Shown here: positions 17,921 through 26,871 of the stretch, piece by piece
How the letters are laid out: each line of letters opens with the position of its first letter
Position numbering within the stretch: position 1 is the first letter of the stretch
NCBI GenBank assembly: GCA_010031885.1
Contig: RGYU01000003.1
Coordinates: forward strand, 1-47,421
DNA from: Chlamydiota bacterium
GTDB lineage: Bacteria > Chlamydiota > Chlamydiia > Chlamydiales > RGXB01
Direction of reading: 5' to 3'
DNA length: 47,421 bases
Position numbers and translations under genes: made by a program
The notes under the pieces: model-generated
Seen by the model: the letters and a program-made list of their open reading frames with translations, nothing else
The model's database searches: none
Told to the model about the DNA's origin: nothing

Positions 17921-18967
17921 ATGAAAAAAATATGTTTTCTTTTCGGTTCCAGCTCATTTGAGCACGAAGTTTCTGTGACTTCGTTGCGCTCAGTTTTGAT
18001 GGCTTATGAGACTACAAAATTTGAAATTGCTATTGCTGGCTTAGACAAAAAAAACACCCTGCAGTTTTTTGATAAAGGGGTTTTTTTGAAGAGGTTTTCA
18101 TCCTATGGCAGTTTTGATTTGGCAGATTGTCCTGCTCCGTTTGATGCTTTGAAGCACTTTGATGCGGTTTTTCCGCTAGTTCATGGAGGGTTCGGGGAGG
18201 ATGGTTCTATCCAGGGTCTTTTAAATCTTTTAGCTGTCCCTTTCGTAGGGCCATCTGTGTTGTCTTCTGCGATTTGTTTTGACAAAGATACGGCAAAAAA
18301 ATTGTTAGATCAAAAGGGAATCAAGGTTGTCCCCTGGATCTGCTTAAGCCCCAATGATCAGGTCAATGAAAAAGAGATTGAAGAAAAAATCGGATACCCC
18401 TGTTTTGTAAAACCATCAGCTAGTGGTTCATCTTGTGGTGTGAGCAAGGTGTTACAAAAAAGTGATCTTATGCAGGCAATTCATTTTGCAAGAGGTTTTT
18501 CCAGCAAGGTTTTGATTGAAAAGGCGATTGAGGGGATGGAACTCGAGTGCGCTGTATTGGGTTCTGAAAAACTTATAACATCTAAGGTGGGTCGTATTAT
18601 TCCTAAAAATGCCTTTTATGACTATGAAGCTAAATATGTTCTTCCTGATGGTGCAGAGATTGAGGCGCCTGCAAATATTGACGAGAATTTAGAACAATAT
18701 ATCCAGACAGTCTCAAGGCAGGTGTTCAGGGCATTAGACTGCGAAATGATGGCTCGCATCGATTTTTTTTATGATGGGAATCTTTATCTGAACGAGGTAA
18801 ATACCATACCCGGGTTTACGCCGATCAGCTTATACCCGACACTGCTGGGTTTATCGGGTATCAATTATAATGAGCTTTTGGACAATTTATTTCGTTTGGC
18901 TATAGATCGTTTTGACCGTAAAGCACCTCAAGATTTGCGTCTTCCCATAGCTCAATGTCCCCTTTAA
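17921..18967 (+). CDS. ddl: D-alanine--D-alanine ligase (stand-alone)
   Basis: SFEHEVS, HGGFGEDGSIQG, GSSCGV, FYDYEAKY, NEVNTIPGFT. ATG 17921 has GGAGG upstream. Confidence 0.94.
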   Translation: MKKICFLFGSSSFEHEVSVTSLRSVLMAYETTKFEIAIAGLDKKNTLQFFDKGVFLKRFSSYGSFDLADCPAPFDALKHFDAVFPLVHGGFGEDGSIQGLLNLLAVPFVGPSVLSSAICFDKDTAKKLLDQKGIKVVPWICLSPNDQVNEKEIEEKIGYPCFVKPSASGSSCGVSKVLQKSDLMQAIHFARGFSSKVLIEKAIEGMELECAVLGSEKLITSKVGRIIPKNAFYDYEAKYVLPDGAEIEAPANIDENLEQYIQTVSRQVFRALDCEMMARIDFFYDGNLYLNEVNTIPGFTPISLYPTLLGLSGINYNELLDNLFRLAIDRFDRKAPQDLRLPIAQCPL

Positions 18968-19229
18968 GCCATAGGACGGATTGTAGACCCTGCTCCTCAA
19001 GAAATTGTGCAGCCCTTTTTGCGCGGAATCCATGTGCACAGTGGACTATTACCTGTTTTTCTCTAGGTATTTTTTGCAATTTATTAGATAAGATATCGAT
19101 AGGAATGTTGATAGAATGTTTGAGTCTTTTATCAAAAAATTCTTCTGGTGAGCGTACATCAAGGATAAAAATAGAAGAATATTGTTCCTTTAGTAGTTGT
19201 TTTAGTTTTTGTAATGAAATAGGTTCCAT
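18900..19229 (-). CDS. Single-domain rhodanese-like protein
   Basis: LDVRSPEEF, active-site loop CAHGFRA, LKGDIELW. Confidence 0.88.
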   Translation of the reverse strand: MEPISLQKLKQLLKEQYSSIFILDVRSPEEFFDKRLKHSINIPIDILSNKLQKIPREKQVIVHCAHGFRAKRAAQFLEEQGLQSVLWLKGDIELWEDANLEVLYGQNDL

Positions 19230-19306
19230 TATTTCCTGATTGAAATTTTCTCAATCTTAAACTATATTTGAGATATTCCCCAACCAAAAGTAATTGGAGT
19301 GATAAT

Positions 19307-19492
19307 ATGAAAATTCGATCAATTCTAGCCGCTGCTTTAGTTTCTCTTCTTTCCATCAATGCCTACGCATCTGATGATGAAGAAAAAAAAGAAGAAGTCG
19401 TTGTTGTTGAGCAAACAAGTGAAGTTTCTCACACAGATGAGCACAACGTAGTTCATGATGACGAGCATCACGAAGACAAAGAACAAAAGTAA
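19307..19492 (+). CDS. Small secreted acidic, His-rich protein
   Basis: 61 aa from ATG 19307 with GGAG upstream; Sec signal ending AYA; mature part rich in D/E/H. Confidence 0.75.
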   Translation: MKIRSILAAALVSLLSINAYASDDEEKKEEVVVVEQTSEVSHTDEHNVVHDDEHHEDKEQK

Positions 19493-19500
19493 TTGAGTTC

Positions 19501-19531
19501 CTTGCCGGCGTCATAAATCAACGCCGGTAAG
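19501..19531 (+). terminator. Stem-loop downstream of the small secreted protein (terminator or mRNA stabiliser)
   Basis: CTTGCCGGCGT-cataaatca-ACGCCGGTAAG, an 11-bp stem with one G-U pair; no long U tract. Confidence 0.55.
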
Positions 19532-19540
19532 TTGGCGAGA

Positions 19541-19831
19541 ATGGACTTTGTTCTAAAAAAAATACGCCCATGGATTTGGGTTTTCACTCTCATGTTTACC
19601 ATCCATTTTTTTGGAAGTTCCCTTATTCATAAAAGACGTGTGGAATCTTCTGCCTCTTACGCTAAAATTCAACAGCTCAATCTTGCTATTCATCTTGCAA
19701 AACAAAGAAAAGAGGAGTTATCTCGAGAAATAGAAGCTTTTGAAAATCCTCTTTGGTCTTTAGAGGTTATGAAGGAAGAGCTAGGGCTAGTTCGTCAATC
19801 AGAGACGAAGATTGTATTTCAACCCGAATAG
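19541..19831 (+). CDS. Septum formation initiator (FtsB/DivIC-like) protein
   Basis: One TM, coiled coil, C-terminal MKEELGLVRQSETKIVF matching the family AR..LG.V..GE pattern. Confidence 0.7.
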   Translation: MDFVLKKIRPWIWVFTLMFTIHFFGSSLIHKRRVESSASYAKIQQLNLAIHLAKQRKEELSREIEAFENPLWSLEVMKEELGLVRQSETKIVFQPE

Positions 19832-19834
19832 TGT

Positions 19835-21088
19835 ATGTGGCTTGCATTTTTTATTTCAACTCTTGTGGGGCTAATTTTTTTATCAGGTTTTCTGTCTGGT
19901 TCCGAAACTGCTTTTTTTTCTTTATCCTCTTTGAAAGTAAATCTTTATAAAAGAGATGCCAATCCTAAAAAGAGGATGATAGCTGAACTTTTGAAAGCTC
20001 CTCATCAGCTTCTTGTAAGCTTGCTGATGCTGAATATTGCCGTGAATATTTTAATACAAAACGTGGTTGCAAACGTATTTGAAGACTCGGGCTCATTTTT
20101 CCTTTCAGTGGGTGTCCCTTTGGTTTTAGTCTTACTTTTTGGGGAGATGCTTCCTAAGGCGGTCGCAATCCGTTACAATAAGGAAATAGCTCAAAAGGTT
20201 GTTAAAGTAATCCATTTTTTCAAGTGGGTTTTGACTCCAATTCGTGTTGTCTTAAGCGGAATAGCCTTGTTTGTAAGTAAGGTTCTATTCTGTTTTTTGC
20301 CTCGTGAAAGGGAAATCTCTGTCAAAGAGCTGGAGACTGCGATTAAAAGCTCCAAAGAACTTGGGGTAATAAGCCCCGATGAAATGCACCTGATGCGCGG
20401 ATATTTAGATCTTGATGATCACATTGTCAAAGAGCTCATGCGCACCCGTCACGAGATCATTGCCTATGACGTGCAAGCGCCCATAGAAAACTTGTTAGAA
20501 ACAATGATAAAAAAAGAGTGTTCAAAGTTGCCGGTCTACGATGGTACTTTGGAGAAAATTCTAGGGTTTATCTTTTCAAGAGATCTTTTTTTACACAATC
20601 GTGGATTCAAAAAGGGGCTTGATGTGATCCCCCTTTTAAGAAAGCCATTTTACGTTCCCGAGTCGGTATCTGCACGGCATCTAATGCAGCAGCTACACCA
20701 TCGTAAAGAGGAGATTGCAATCGTTGTCGACGAGTATGGTTCAGTTGCGGGGCTGATCACCCTAGAGGACTTGATGGAGGTTGTCGTCGGACCCATTCAG
20801 GATAAAATTGATCCGCCAAATCAACTTCTTGAATCTTCCGAGAACATCTTAATATCAAACGGACAGTTAGAGATTACTGAAATTGAAAACCGGTTTGAAG
20901 TCGAGTTGCCAAGCCCTTCTAATATGGTGACGATAGGGGGTTGGTTGACTGAGCAACTGGGAGATATTCCCAAGGTAGGAGATCGGTTGATTGTTGAGCC
21001 TTTGTTATTTCACATTTTGGCTGCGGATGAGAAGATGGTACACAAAGTTTACATACGTAAACTGCCAACAAGGGGTGAGGGCGGATGA
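19835..21088 (+). CDS. CNNM/CBS/CorC_HlyC protein (CT256-like)
   Basis: SGSETAFFSL, FGEMLPK, VVDEYGSVAGLITLEDLME, TIGGWL. Confidence 0.92.
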   Translation: MWLAFFISTLVGLIFLSGFLSGSETAFFSLSSLKVNLYKRDANPKKRMIAELLKAPHQLLVSLLMLNIAVNILIQNVVANVFEDSGSFFLSVGVPLVLVLLFGEMLPKAVAIRYNKEIAQKVVKVIHFFKWVLTPIRVVLSGIALFVSKVLFCFLPREREISVKELETAIKSSKELGVISPDEMHLMRGYLDLDDHIVKELMRTRHEIIAYDVQAPIENLLETMIKKECSKLPVYDGTLEKILGFIFSRDLFLHNRGFKKGLDVIPLLRKPFYVPESVSARHLMQQLHHRKEEIAIVVDEYGSVAGLITLEDLMEVVVGPIQDKIDPPNQLLESSENILISNGQLEITEIENRFEVELPSPSNMVTIGGWLTEQLGDIPKVGDRLIVEPLLFHILAADEKMVHKVYIRKLPTRGEGG

Positions 21089-22296
21089 ATCTCTTTTTGA
21101 TCTTTACCCTTATCTGCCTTATTTTTCAGGCTTTTTTTGCCATGATGGAGATGGCAATTGTCTCCTTTAATCGGGTGAGATTACAGTATTTTTTGGTCCG
21201 TGGGGGAAAAAAGGCAAAATGGATTAGTAAAATGCTCCTCGATCCGACCCGCCTTTTTGCTACGACCCTTGTAGGGGTCAATACTGCGTTGCAGATTGGT
21301 TCCGAGTGCTCGCGCAGGGCGTACGCTTTTTATGGGCTAGATCCCGATTATGCTCCGATGACCCAAATTATTCTTGTTCTGATCTTTGCTGAACTGGCAC
21401 CCCTATTTGCGGCAAGAAGACATCCCGAATCGGTCGCAATGTTGGGTATTGGTCCCCTCTATTTCCTTTCTACGATGATGAGACCTTTTACCTGGGGTCT
21501 AAGTCAAATTCTTTCTATGATCGATCGAATTTTTAAAAAAGAAAAGGGTCATGCTCCTTTTATCTCCAAGGAGGAATTACAAAAAGCTATCGAATCTTTG
21601 GATGAAAAACATGCTGTGAGTGAACGGGAGGAGTTCAACCACCTGGTGAGCGCCATATTTAGTTTAAAATCAAGAACACCACGAGATTTTATGACCCCAA
21701 TTGACCAGGTCTCTATGCTTTCAACGGGGACAAAGATCAAGGACATAAAACGGCTGATTCGGGATAAAAATATTGAGCATCTTCCCGTGTATTACCATCA
21801 AAGGCATACGATTGTCGGGATCATTAGCACACGAAATCTTTTGAAGGCAAATGATGAGGCAAGATGTGACCTTTACATGCAAGACGCCTGGTTCGTTCCT
21901 GAAGTAGAATCGGTTTTCAAAGTCATTGAGCAATTTAGAAAAAATGGGCAACCTTTGGCTGTTGTTGTCGACTCTACCGGCTTATCCATAGGGGTTGTAC
22001 ATTTGGATGAGATTTTGCAGGCGATGTTTCTATCAGAAAAAGAACTAGGCGCGTTGGGTCATGTGATGATAGACCGATCTTTTGACCCTTTTTCTGAGGT
22101 ATCTAAAGTCAATCAGCAATTTGATTTAGATTTACCAACCGAGTATGGAGACACCTTGATAGAAATGATGGAGGAGGTTTTGAAAAAAAGACCCATTTCC
22201 AATGATTCAATTAGATTAAAAAATCTAGAGATCGTGTTCAAAGAAGGGGATTTCATGGGGGATTCAAGGGTTCACATCCGTACAATCATCCCTTAG
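21085..22296 (+). CDS. CNNM/CBS domain protein (CT257-like)
   Basis: FFAMMEMAIVSFNRVRLQY, FAELAPLFAARRHPE, CBS pair. Confidence 0.9.
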   Translation: MNLFLIFTLICLIFQAFFAMMEMAIVSFNRVRLQYFLVRGGKKAKWISKMLLDPTRLFATTLVGVNTALQIGSECSRRAYAFYGLDPDYAPMTQIILVLIFAELAPLFAARRHPESVAMLGIGPLYFLSTMMRPFTWGLSQILSMIDRIFKKEKGHAPFISKEELQKAIESLDEKHAVSEREEFNHLVSAIFSLKSRTPRDFMTPIDQVSMLSTGTKIKDIKRLIRDKNIEHLPVYYHQRHTIVGIISTRNLLKANDEARCDLYMQDAWFVPEVESVFKVIEQFRKNGQPLAVVVDSTGLSIGVVHLDEILQAMFLSEKELGALGHVMIDRSFDPFSEVSKVNQQFDLDLPTEYGDTLIEMMEEVLKKRPISNDSIRLKNLEIVFKEGDFMGDSRVHIRTIIP

Positions 22297-22312
22297 CAGA
22301 CTTAATTCTATT

Positions 22313-23416
22313 TTACAAAGTTGTTGCCGAAAGTAAGTCTTGAAGAATTTGGATTACTTTTTCTATTTCTTCTTTTGTATTAAATTTACAAAGAGAAAAG
22401 CGCAGGCTTGAGCGTGCCAGGGTACGGTCTAGTCCCATATTTTGTAAAACACGGGAGGGCTCAATTGAACCACTTGAGCAGGCAGAACCCATCGAGACAC
22501 AAACGCCACACTGATCCAAACGGATCATGAGAGTCTCTGCATCAACATCTAAAAATGCGATATTGAGTGTATTGGAAACTGTAGGACCGTCTCCATTGAT
22601 TTTTCCGATAGTGCAAAGTTGGCAAAGCAACATGTTTTTAAGCTCTTGCATATACGAAAAACTCGACTCATCTATCAGGCTGAGTGCTGTTTGTAAGCCA
22701 ACAATACCGGCCACATTTTCAGTGCCCGCACGTCTATGCATTTCCTGATATCCACCTATTAAGAGAGGAGAGAAGGGGAAGTTGGAGCGCGCAAACATCA
22801 TCCCCATACCCTGTGGGCCATGAAATTTATGTGCTGATAAACAAAAAGCGCTTATCCCTCTGTATACTTTAAAGGGTGCTTTTCCAATATGCGCGGTCGC
22901 ATCGATGATGAGAGGAATCTTTTTGTGATATAAATACTCACTAATCGCTTCAAGATCTAGCATCACACCAGTTTCTGAATAAACACTACTTAGGATGACT
23001 AGATCGGTCGACGGTTGGATGGACTCAATAAGCTGCTCTATTCTGGGCGCTCCCCAAGAATCTACAGGGATCGTATCGACAATTAACCCTTCAGAATTTA
23101 AGGCTTGCAACAGGGCATCAATAGCGTTGTGTTCGATTTTCGTAGAAAGGATTCGTTTGGCTTTTTTGCCTTGTACAAATCCACGAATCAAGGTGGTTAA
23201 TGACTCTGTGCTTGAGGATGTGAAGTAGATCTCTTTAGGCAAGACACCAAAATAGCGGGCAATCCAATCCCTTGACTGTAAAATCTTTTCTTTACCTTTT
23301 TTTCCTTGTTGATGGATTGCGGACGGATTTAACGGGCCAAGCTCATAGATTGAGATCATGGCTTGTAAAACCTTCGGGTCTAAGCGGGTAGTAGCGTTAT
23401 TATCAAGATAAATCAT
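22313..23416 (-). CDS. iscS: Cysteine desulfurase (IscS/NifS group I)
   Basis: YLDNNATT, SAHKFHGPQG PLP lysine, RAGTEN, SMGSACSSG. Confidence 0.93.
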   Translation of the reverse strand: MIYLDNNATTRLDPKVLQAMISIYELGPLNPSAIHQQGKKGKEKILQSRDWIARYFGVLPKEIYFTSSSTESLTTLIRGFVQGKKAKRILSTKIEHNAIDALLQALNSEGLIVDTIPVDSWGAPRIEQLIESIQPSTDLVILSSVYSETGVMLDLEAISEYLYHKKIPLIIDATAHIGKAPFKVYRGISAFCLSAHKFHGPQGMGMMFARSNFPFSPLLIGGYQEMHRRAGTENVAGIVGLQTALSLIDESSFSYMQELKNMLLCQLCTIGKINGDGPTVSNTLNIAFLDVDAETLMIRLDQCGVCVSMGSACSSGSIEPSRVLQNMGLDRTLARSSLRFSLCKFNTKEEIEKVIQILQDLLSATTL

Positions 23417-23525
23417 CTACCAAATAGTTTAATCGATTAGGTGAAAAAACTCCAGGGCTCCAGCTTTTTTTCATCGTGTAAAGAAGAGATCTGTTATTCT
23501 AAATCTATTAAAAACTTAAGGTTCA

Positions 23526-24002
23526 ATGTTTAAAATATTTCTTATATTTTTTCCGACTTTGATTTTCGCAGATATCCATGTGGGAAATTCATGCTTTGTG
23601 TTTCTTTGCGATACCTCAAAAGAGGTTGAGAGCCGCCTAATAGAGTTTGAACAAAATATCCAGTTAGCAGAGGGTGTACTTTTAAGGGCGTTTAAAGATC
23701 CTAGATCAAAGTCTATCATCTATTTTGCTGCGTCGAAGGATCTCCTCGATATCAAATTGATTGAAAATCACCCCCTTTTTGTAAAAAAGCATAGCTGCGT
23801 AGAGAGAAGAGAGGAGGGGACAAGGTTTTTATTTCGTTTTGAACCTGATGGCGGGAAGTGTAGAAACTGTAATTGCCTTCTTAGCCCTTTTTCTGTTTTG
23901 GTCGATTTTGATGGATCTAAAACAGCAATTGTTTGTGTTTTCTATCCAAAAGAGAAGGGGGAATCGATCGCGCCTTTGTTAGATTCGATAGCATTAAGAT
24001 GA
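23526..24002 (+). CDS. Hypothetical secreted protein, Cys-containing
   Basis: 158-aa ORF with a short signal peptide (MFKIFLIFFPTLIFA) and a CRNCNC motif. Confidence 0.7.
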   Translation: MFKIFLIFFPTLIFADIHVGNSCFVFLCDTSKEVESRLIEFEQNIQLAEGVLLRAFKDPRSKSIIYFAASKDLLDIKLIENHPLFVKKHSCVERREEGTRFLFRFEPDGGKCRNCNCLLSPFSVLVDFDGSKTAIVCVFYPKEKGESIAPLLDSIALR

Positions 24003-24044
24003 AAATGACTTAACAATTATCAAGAATTTACTTATACTTTTTAA

Positions 24045-24476
24045 ATGAAATTTTTGATTTTTCTGATCTTTCCTCTATTCCTCATGGCCAAAATAGGGGT
24101 GGGAAAATTGGAATTGGAGACCTCTTTTCAGCCCAAACTTGTTTTAAAAAAAGCGAAAGGGGCAGCCTATTCTTTAGATGAGGATGGTTCCTACCTGTTT
24201 TTAAGGGAGCTTGAGGATATTAAGGAGGTAGATGTGGTGCTCGGTAAAATTGAAGCCAATTTATCACCGCTTAAATTTATCGATGTCAAGATGACGACAG
24301 GGCGTCGACTAAAAGTTGGAACTTTTCATGATCCCTTTTTGTACCCTTGGGTTTTAGTTTCAAGGACGCTTCAGTACAAAGGGAAGAAAGTATTAGCGAT
24401 GGTTATTTTTCACGAAGAGAGGACGAAGATCGATTTTTTTAACTTGCTTGATCACTTGACGATTCTATCTGTTTAG
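24045..24476 (+). CDS. Hypothetical secreted protein
   Basis: 143-aa ORF with a short signal peptide (MKFLIFLIFPLFLMA). Confidence 0.7.
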   Translation: MKFLIFLIFPLFLMAKIGVGKLELETSFQPKLVLKKAKGAAYSLDEDGSYLFLRELEDIKEVDVVLGKIEANLSPLKFIDVKMTTGRRLKVGTFHDPFLYPWVLVSRTLQYKGKKVLAMVIFHEERTKIDFFNLLDHLTILSV

Positions 24477-25194
24477 ATACATTTAAAACGATAGCGGTGA
24501 TGTTGTCACGACCTCCACGGCTTAGCGCGGCTTCGATCAGAGCATGGGTAGCTTGTTTTGCATCCTTATTTTTCAGGAGCAAAAGTTCCATTTCTTTTGT
24601 TGTTACGTAATCGGTAAGTCCATCAGAACAAACGATAAAGCGGTCATTCGATTGCACCTGATCTCTATAGATTCTTGCTTCACAGTCAGGAGTAGTCCCG
24701 ATAGCTTGTGTAAGATATCGGCGACGAATTTCTCCAAGTTGATCTTCATCAATACTGACCTCATTCGCATGATCCGATGTCATTAATGTGAGCTGATCAT
24801 TACGATAGCGGTAGATACGGCTATCACCTACGTGAAAAGCGGTAAAATAGCTTTTTTGAATCCATAAAGATGCAATTGTAGTCCCCATCCCTTTTTGTTC
24901 AGGAGTTTTTAAAGATGTTTCATATACACGTTTTGAGGTCTCTTTTACGATAGAACGTATTTGTCCCTCAATATCGGGTGAGGGCGTATCTAATAAAGAT
25001 TTTAAGGATAAAATTTTTTCCGCAATGGTTTCTACAGCCATTTTGGAAGCAACTTCTCCTGCGTTATGTCCTCCAAGTCCATCTGCTACAATGAAAAGAT
25101 CTTTAAAAATCCCGTAGTAGTCTTCATTATTTTGCCTAAAAAGACCTCTATCAGAGTGCCCAAAAGCGTGGAGGCTAAAGCCCGAATCCATCAT
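24439..25194 (-). CDS. PP2C-family Ser/Thr protein phosphatase (CT259-like)
   Basis: SDRGLFRQNNED, VADGLGGH, MGTT, HVGDSRIY, CSDGL, GGRDNIT. Start placed at the MM codons (uncertain). Confidence 0.93.
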   Translation of the reverse strand: MMDSGFSLHAFGHSDRGLFRQNNEDYYGIFKDLFIVADGLGGHNAGEVASKMAVETIAEKILSLKSLLDTPSPDIEGQIRSIVKETSKRVYETSLKTPEQKGMGTTIASLWIQKSYFTAFHVGDSRIYRYRNDQLTLMTSDHANEVSIDEDQLGEIRRRYLTQAIGTTPDCEARIYRDQVQSNDRFIVCSDGLTDYVTTKEMELLLLKNKDAKQATHALIEAALSRGGRDNITAIVLNVSKQIESSSDQAS

Positions 25195-25340
25195 AAAGCC
25201 GAGATTAATAGCGCTTATCACATTTTGTAAAGATCTTTTTTTAAATTTGTTGGATCAAAACAAAGGAGGGGATTTTCCCCTTGAAGAGTTTTTAAGGTTT
25301 TATAGCAGGGGTAGACGGCTTTAGGCATGCGAGGTTTTGA

Positions 25341-26138
25341 TTAAGAAGGTGTAGGGGTTAAAAAAATCACCTGCAGAAAAGTGATCGTGTTGACAAGTGC
25401 GTGGAAGGTAATAGAGGACGTCAATGAACGCTGTCTTTCGTATGCTAGCCCCAGATAAATCGATGCCAAAAATGTCGAGGCCAGGACAACCGATTTTCCC
25501 TGTATGGTATCGATCGTAAAAAAATGGGAGAGCGCAAAAAAAGAGGAGGTTATTACAATCGCCCAAATCGGAGAAAAGTAGTTTTTTAACCAAGTTTGGA
25601 TATTAGCTCTATAAAGATACTCTTCATAGATCGGCACAAGAATGCAAATGATTGCAAAAAAAAGCACCAACGAAACCTTGTCTTCTTTGATCTGTTTAAT
25701 AAAATCAATAAAGTGCTGCTTAGGAATTTCCATATTAAAGATATTCGTAAAAATCCATTCAAGGCCATTTTGAACTAAAGATAGCAATGGAAGAGCTACA
25801 ATAAAAAAGGCTGCACCTATAAGGATATCCCATAAAATAGAGGATTTGGGAAGCGTTTGACGATCCTTCAAAATGCAAATAAAAAGTCTTTTGTCCTTTA
25901 CTCCTAAATAAACTAGGAGGAGTAAAAAAGGGAGGTACCAGGGGAACCAGGGTAGTGGATACAAATAGAAGAGGATGGTCAAAATAGTGAAAATGGCACC
26001 AGTTATAGGGTAAGGTATGTTTTGGTAGGATACCTTTGAAAAGCTAAAAAGTTGCTGTTTGAACGCTGCCCAATGAGAAAAAATAGAGAGAAGGGTCAAT
26101 AAGGCAAACTGATAAAGGATATTTACATTTTCCATCAC
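25341..26138 (-). CDS. CPBP (CAAX/Abi) intramembrane metalloprotease (CT254-like)
   Basis: Multi-TM; PIYEEYLYR, FFALSH and FHALVN motifs. Confidence 0.9.
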   Translation of the reverse strand: MMENVNILYQFALLTLLSIFSHWAAFKQQLFSFSKVSYQNIPYPITGAIFTILTILFYLYPLPWFPWYLPFLLLLVYLGVKDKRLFICILKDRQTLPKSSILWDILIGAAFFIVALPLLSLVQNGLEWIFTNIFNMEIPKQHFIDFIKQIKEDKVSLVLFFAIICILVPIYEEYLYRANIQTWLKNYFSPIWAIVITSSFFALSHFFTIDTIQGKSVVLASTFLASIYLGLAYERQRSLTSSITFHALVNTITFLQVIFLTPTPS

Positions 26139-26144
26139 AACCTT

Positions 26145-26789
26145 CTATCTAAATTTTGCAACAAGGATATACTCCTCTATTCTTTCGGCAAGGTTACGAC
26201 AAAAATCTTGATGGGCGATGCCTAGCGGTAATACGGAAAAAGAAGAGGATCCCCAGGGATAGTTTTTATAGTCTATGTAACTCATCGAGCTAAGAATATC
26301 CGATCGTTTTTCATAAAGTTCTTGAAGTATAATTTTTGGAATTTTTCCTCTCAAATCTATAATTCTAAGTCTGAGAGCAATTTGTAGCTGGTCGCTAAAC
26401 GAAATCTTGTCCGTTTTATGCTCTAGTGAGTGTTGAATCAGTTCCATGAATACAACAAATTCGGATTGTAAAGGGAGATTATGCAAAACATTCAGGTCTT
26501 GCAAAAAGGGTTTATAATTGCGATCTTGTTGAAGCAAATAATTAACAAGGGGGTAGTCTTGCACAAGAAAAAGCTGTCTTGATTTCATGATTGTTTGCTG
26601 AATTTGAGTCGTAAATTCCTCCGATAAGCTCCAGGGAAGATCGCTTACTGTTGAATCGAATACTCCCAAAAGGCAGACAATTGGCTTTTTTCGCCCATCA
26701 TCATGAAAAGCAGTCTGATCTTGAAGAGAGACTTGCGAACAGCTTTGAAATAAAGCAACAAAGGAGACAAAAACAATTTTTTTTATCAT
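26145..26789 (-). CDS. CT253-family lipoprotein
   Basis: Signal peptide with lipobox-like FQSC; FHDDGRKKP, LPWSLSEEFT, EFVVFMELIQH, PLGIAH; adjacent to the CPBP gene. Confidence 0.8.
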   Translation of the reverse strand: MIKKIVFVSFVALFQSCSQVSLQDQTAFHDDGRKKPIVCLLGVFDSTVSDLPWSLSEEFTTQIQQTIMKSRQLFLVQDYPLVNYLLQQDRNYKPFLQDLNVLHNLPLQSEFVVFMELIQHSLEHKTDKISFSDQLQIALRLRIIDLRGKIPKIILQELYEKRSDILSSMSYIDYKNYPWGSSSFSVLPLGIAHQDFCRNLAERIEEYILVAKFR

Positions 26790-26871
26790 GTGTCGAGATA
26801 AAAACATGTTTTTTACAATAGCCTGTACAGAAAAATGTTTCCATCATTTTTGCCCTAAAGTGTAAAAAAAC

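Noticed and set aside
19835-22296. Three 'hemolysin-family' CBS genes as a toxin cluster
   Set aside because: They are CNNM/CorC-type transport proteins conserved across chlamydiae; there is no evidence of toxin function.
25321-25593. 90-aa minus-strand ORF overlapping the CPBP gene
   Set aside because: It is an alternative frame inside a gene whose own frame holds all the catalytic motifs.
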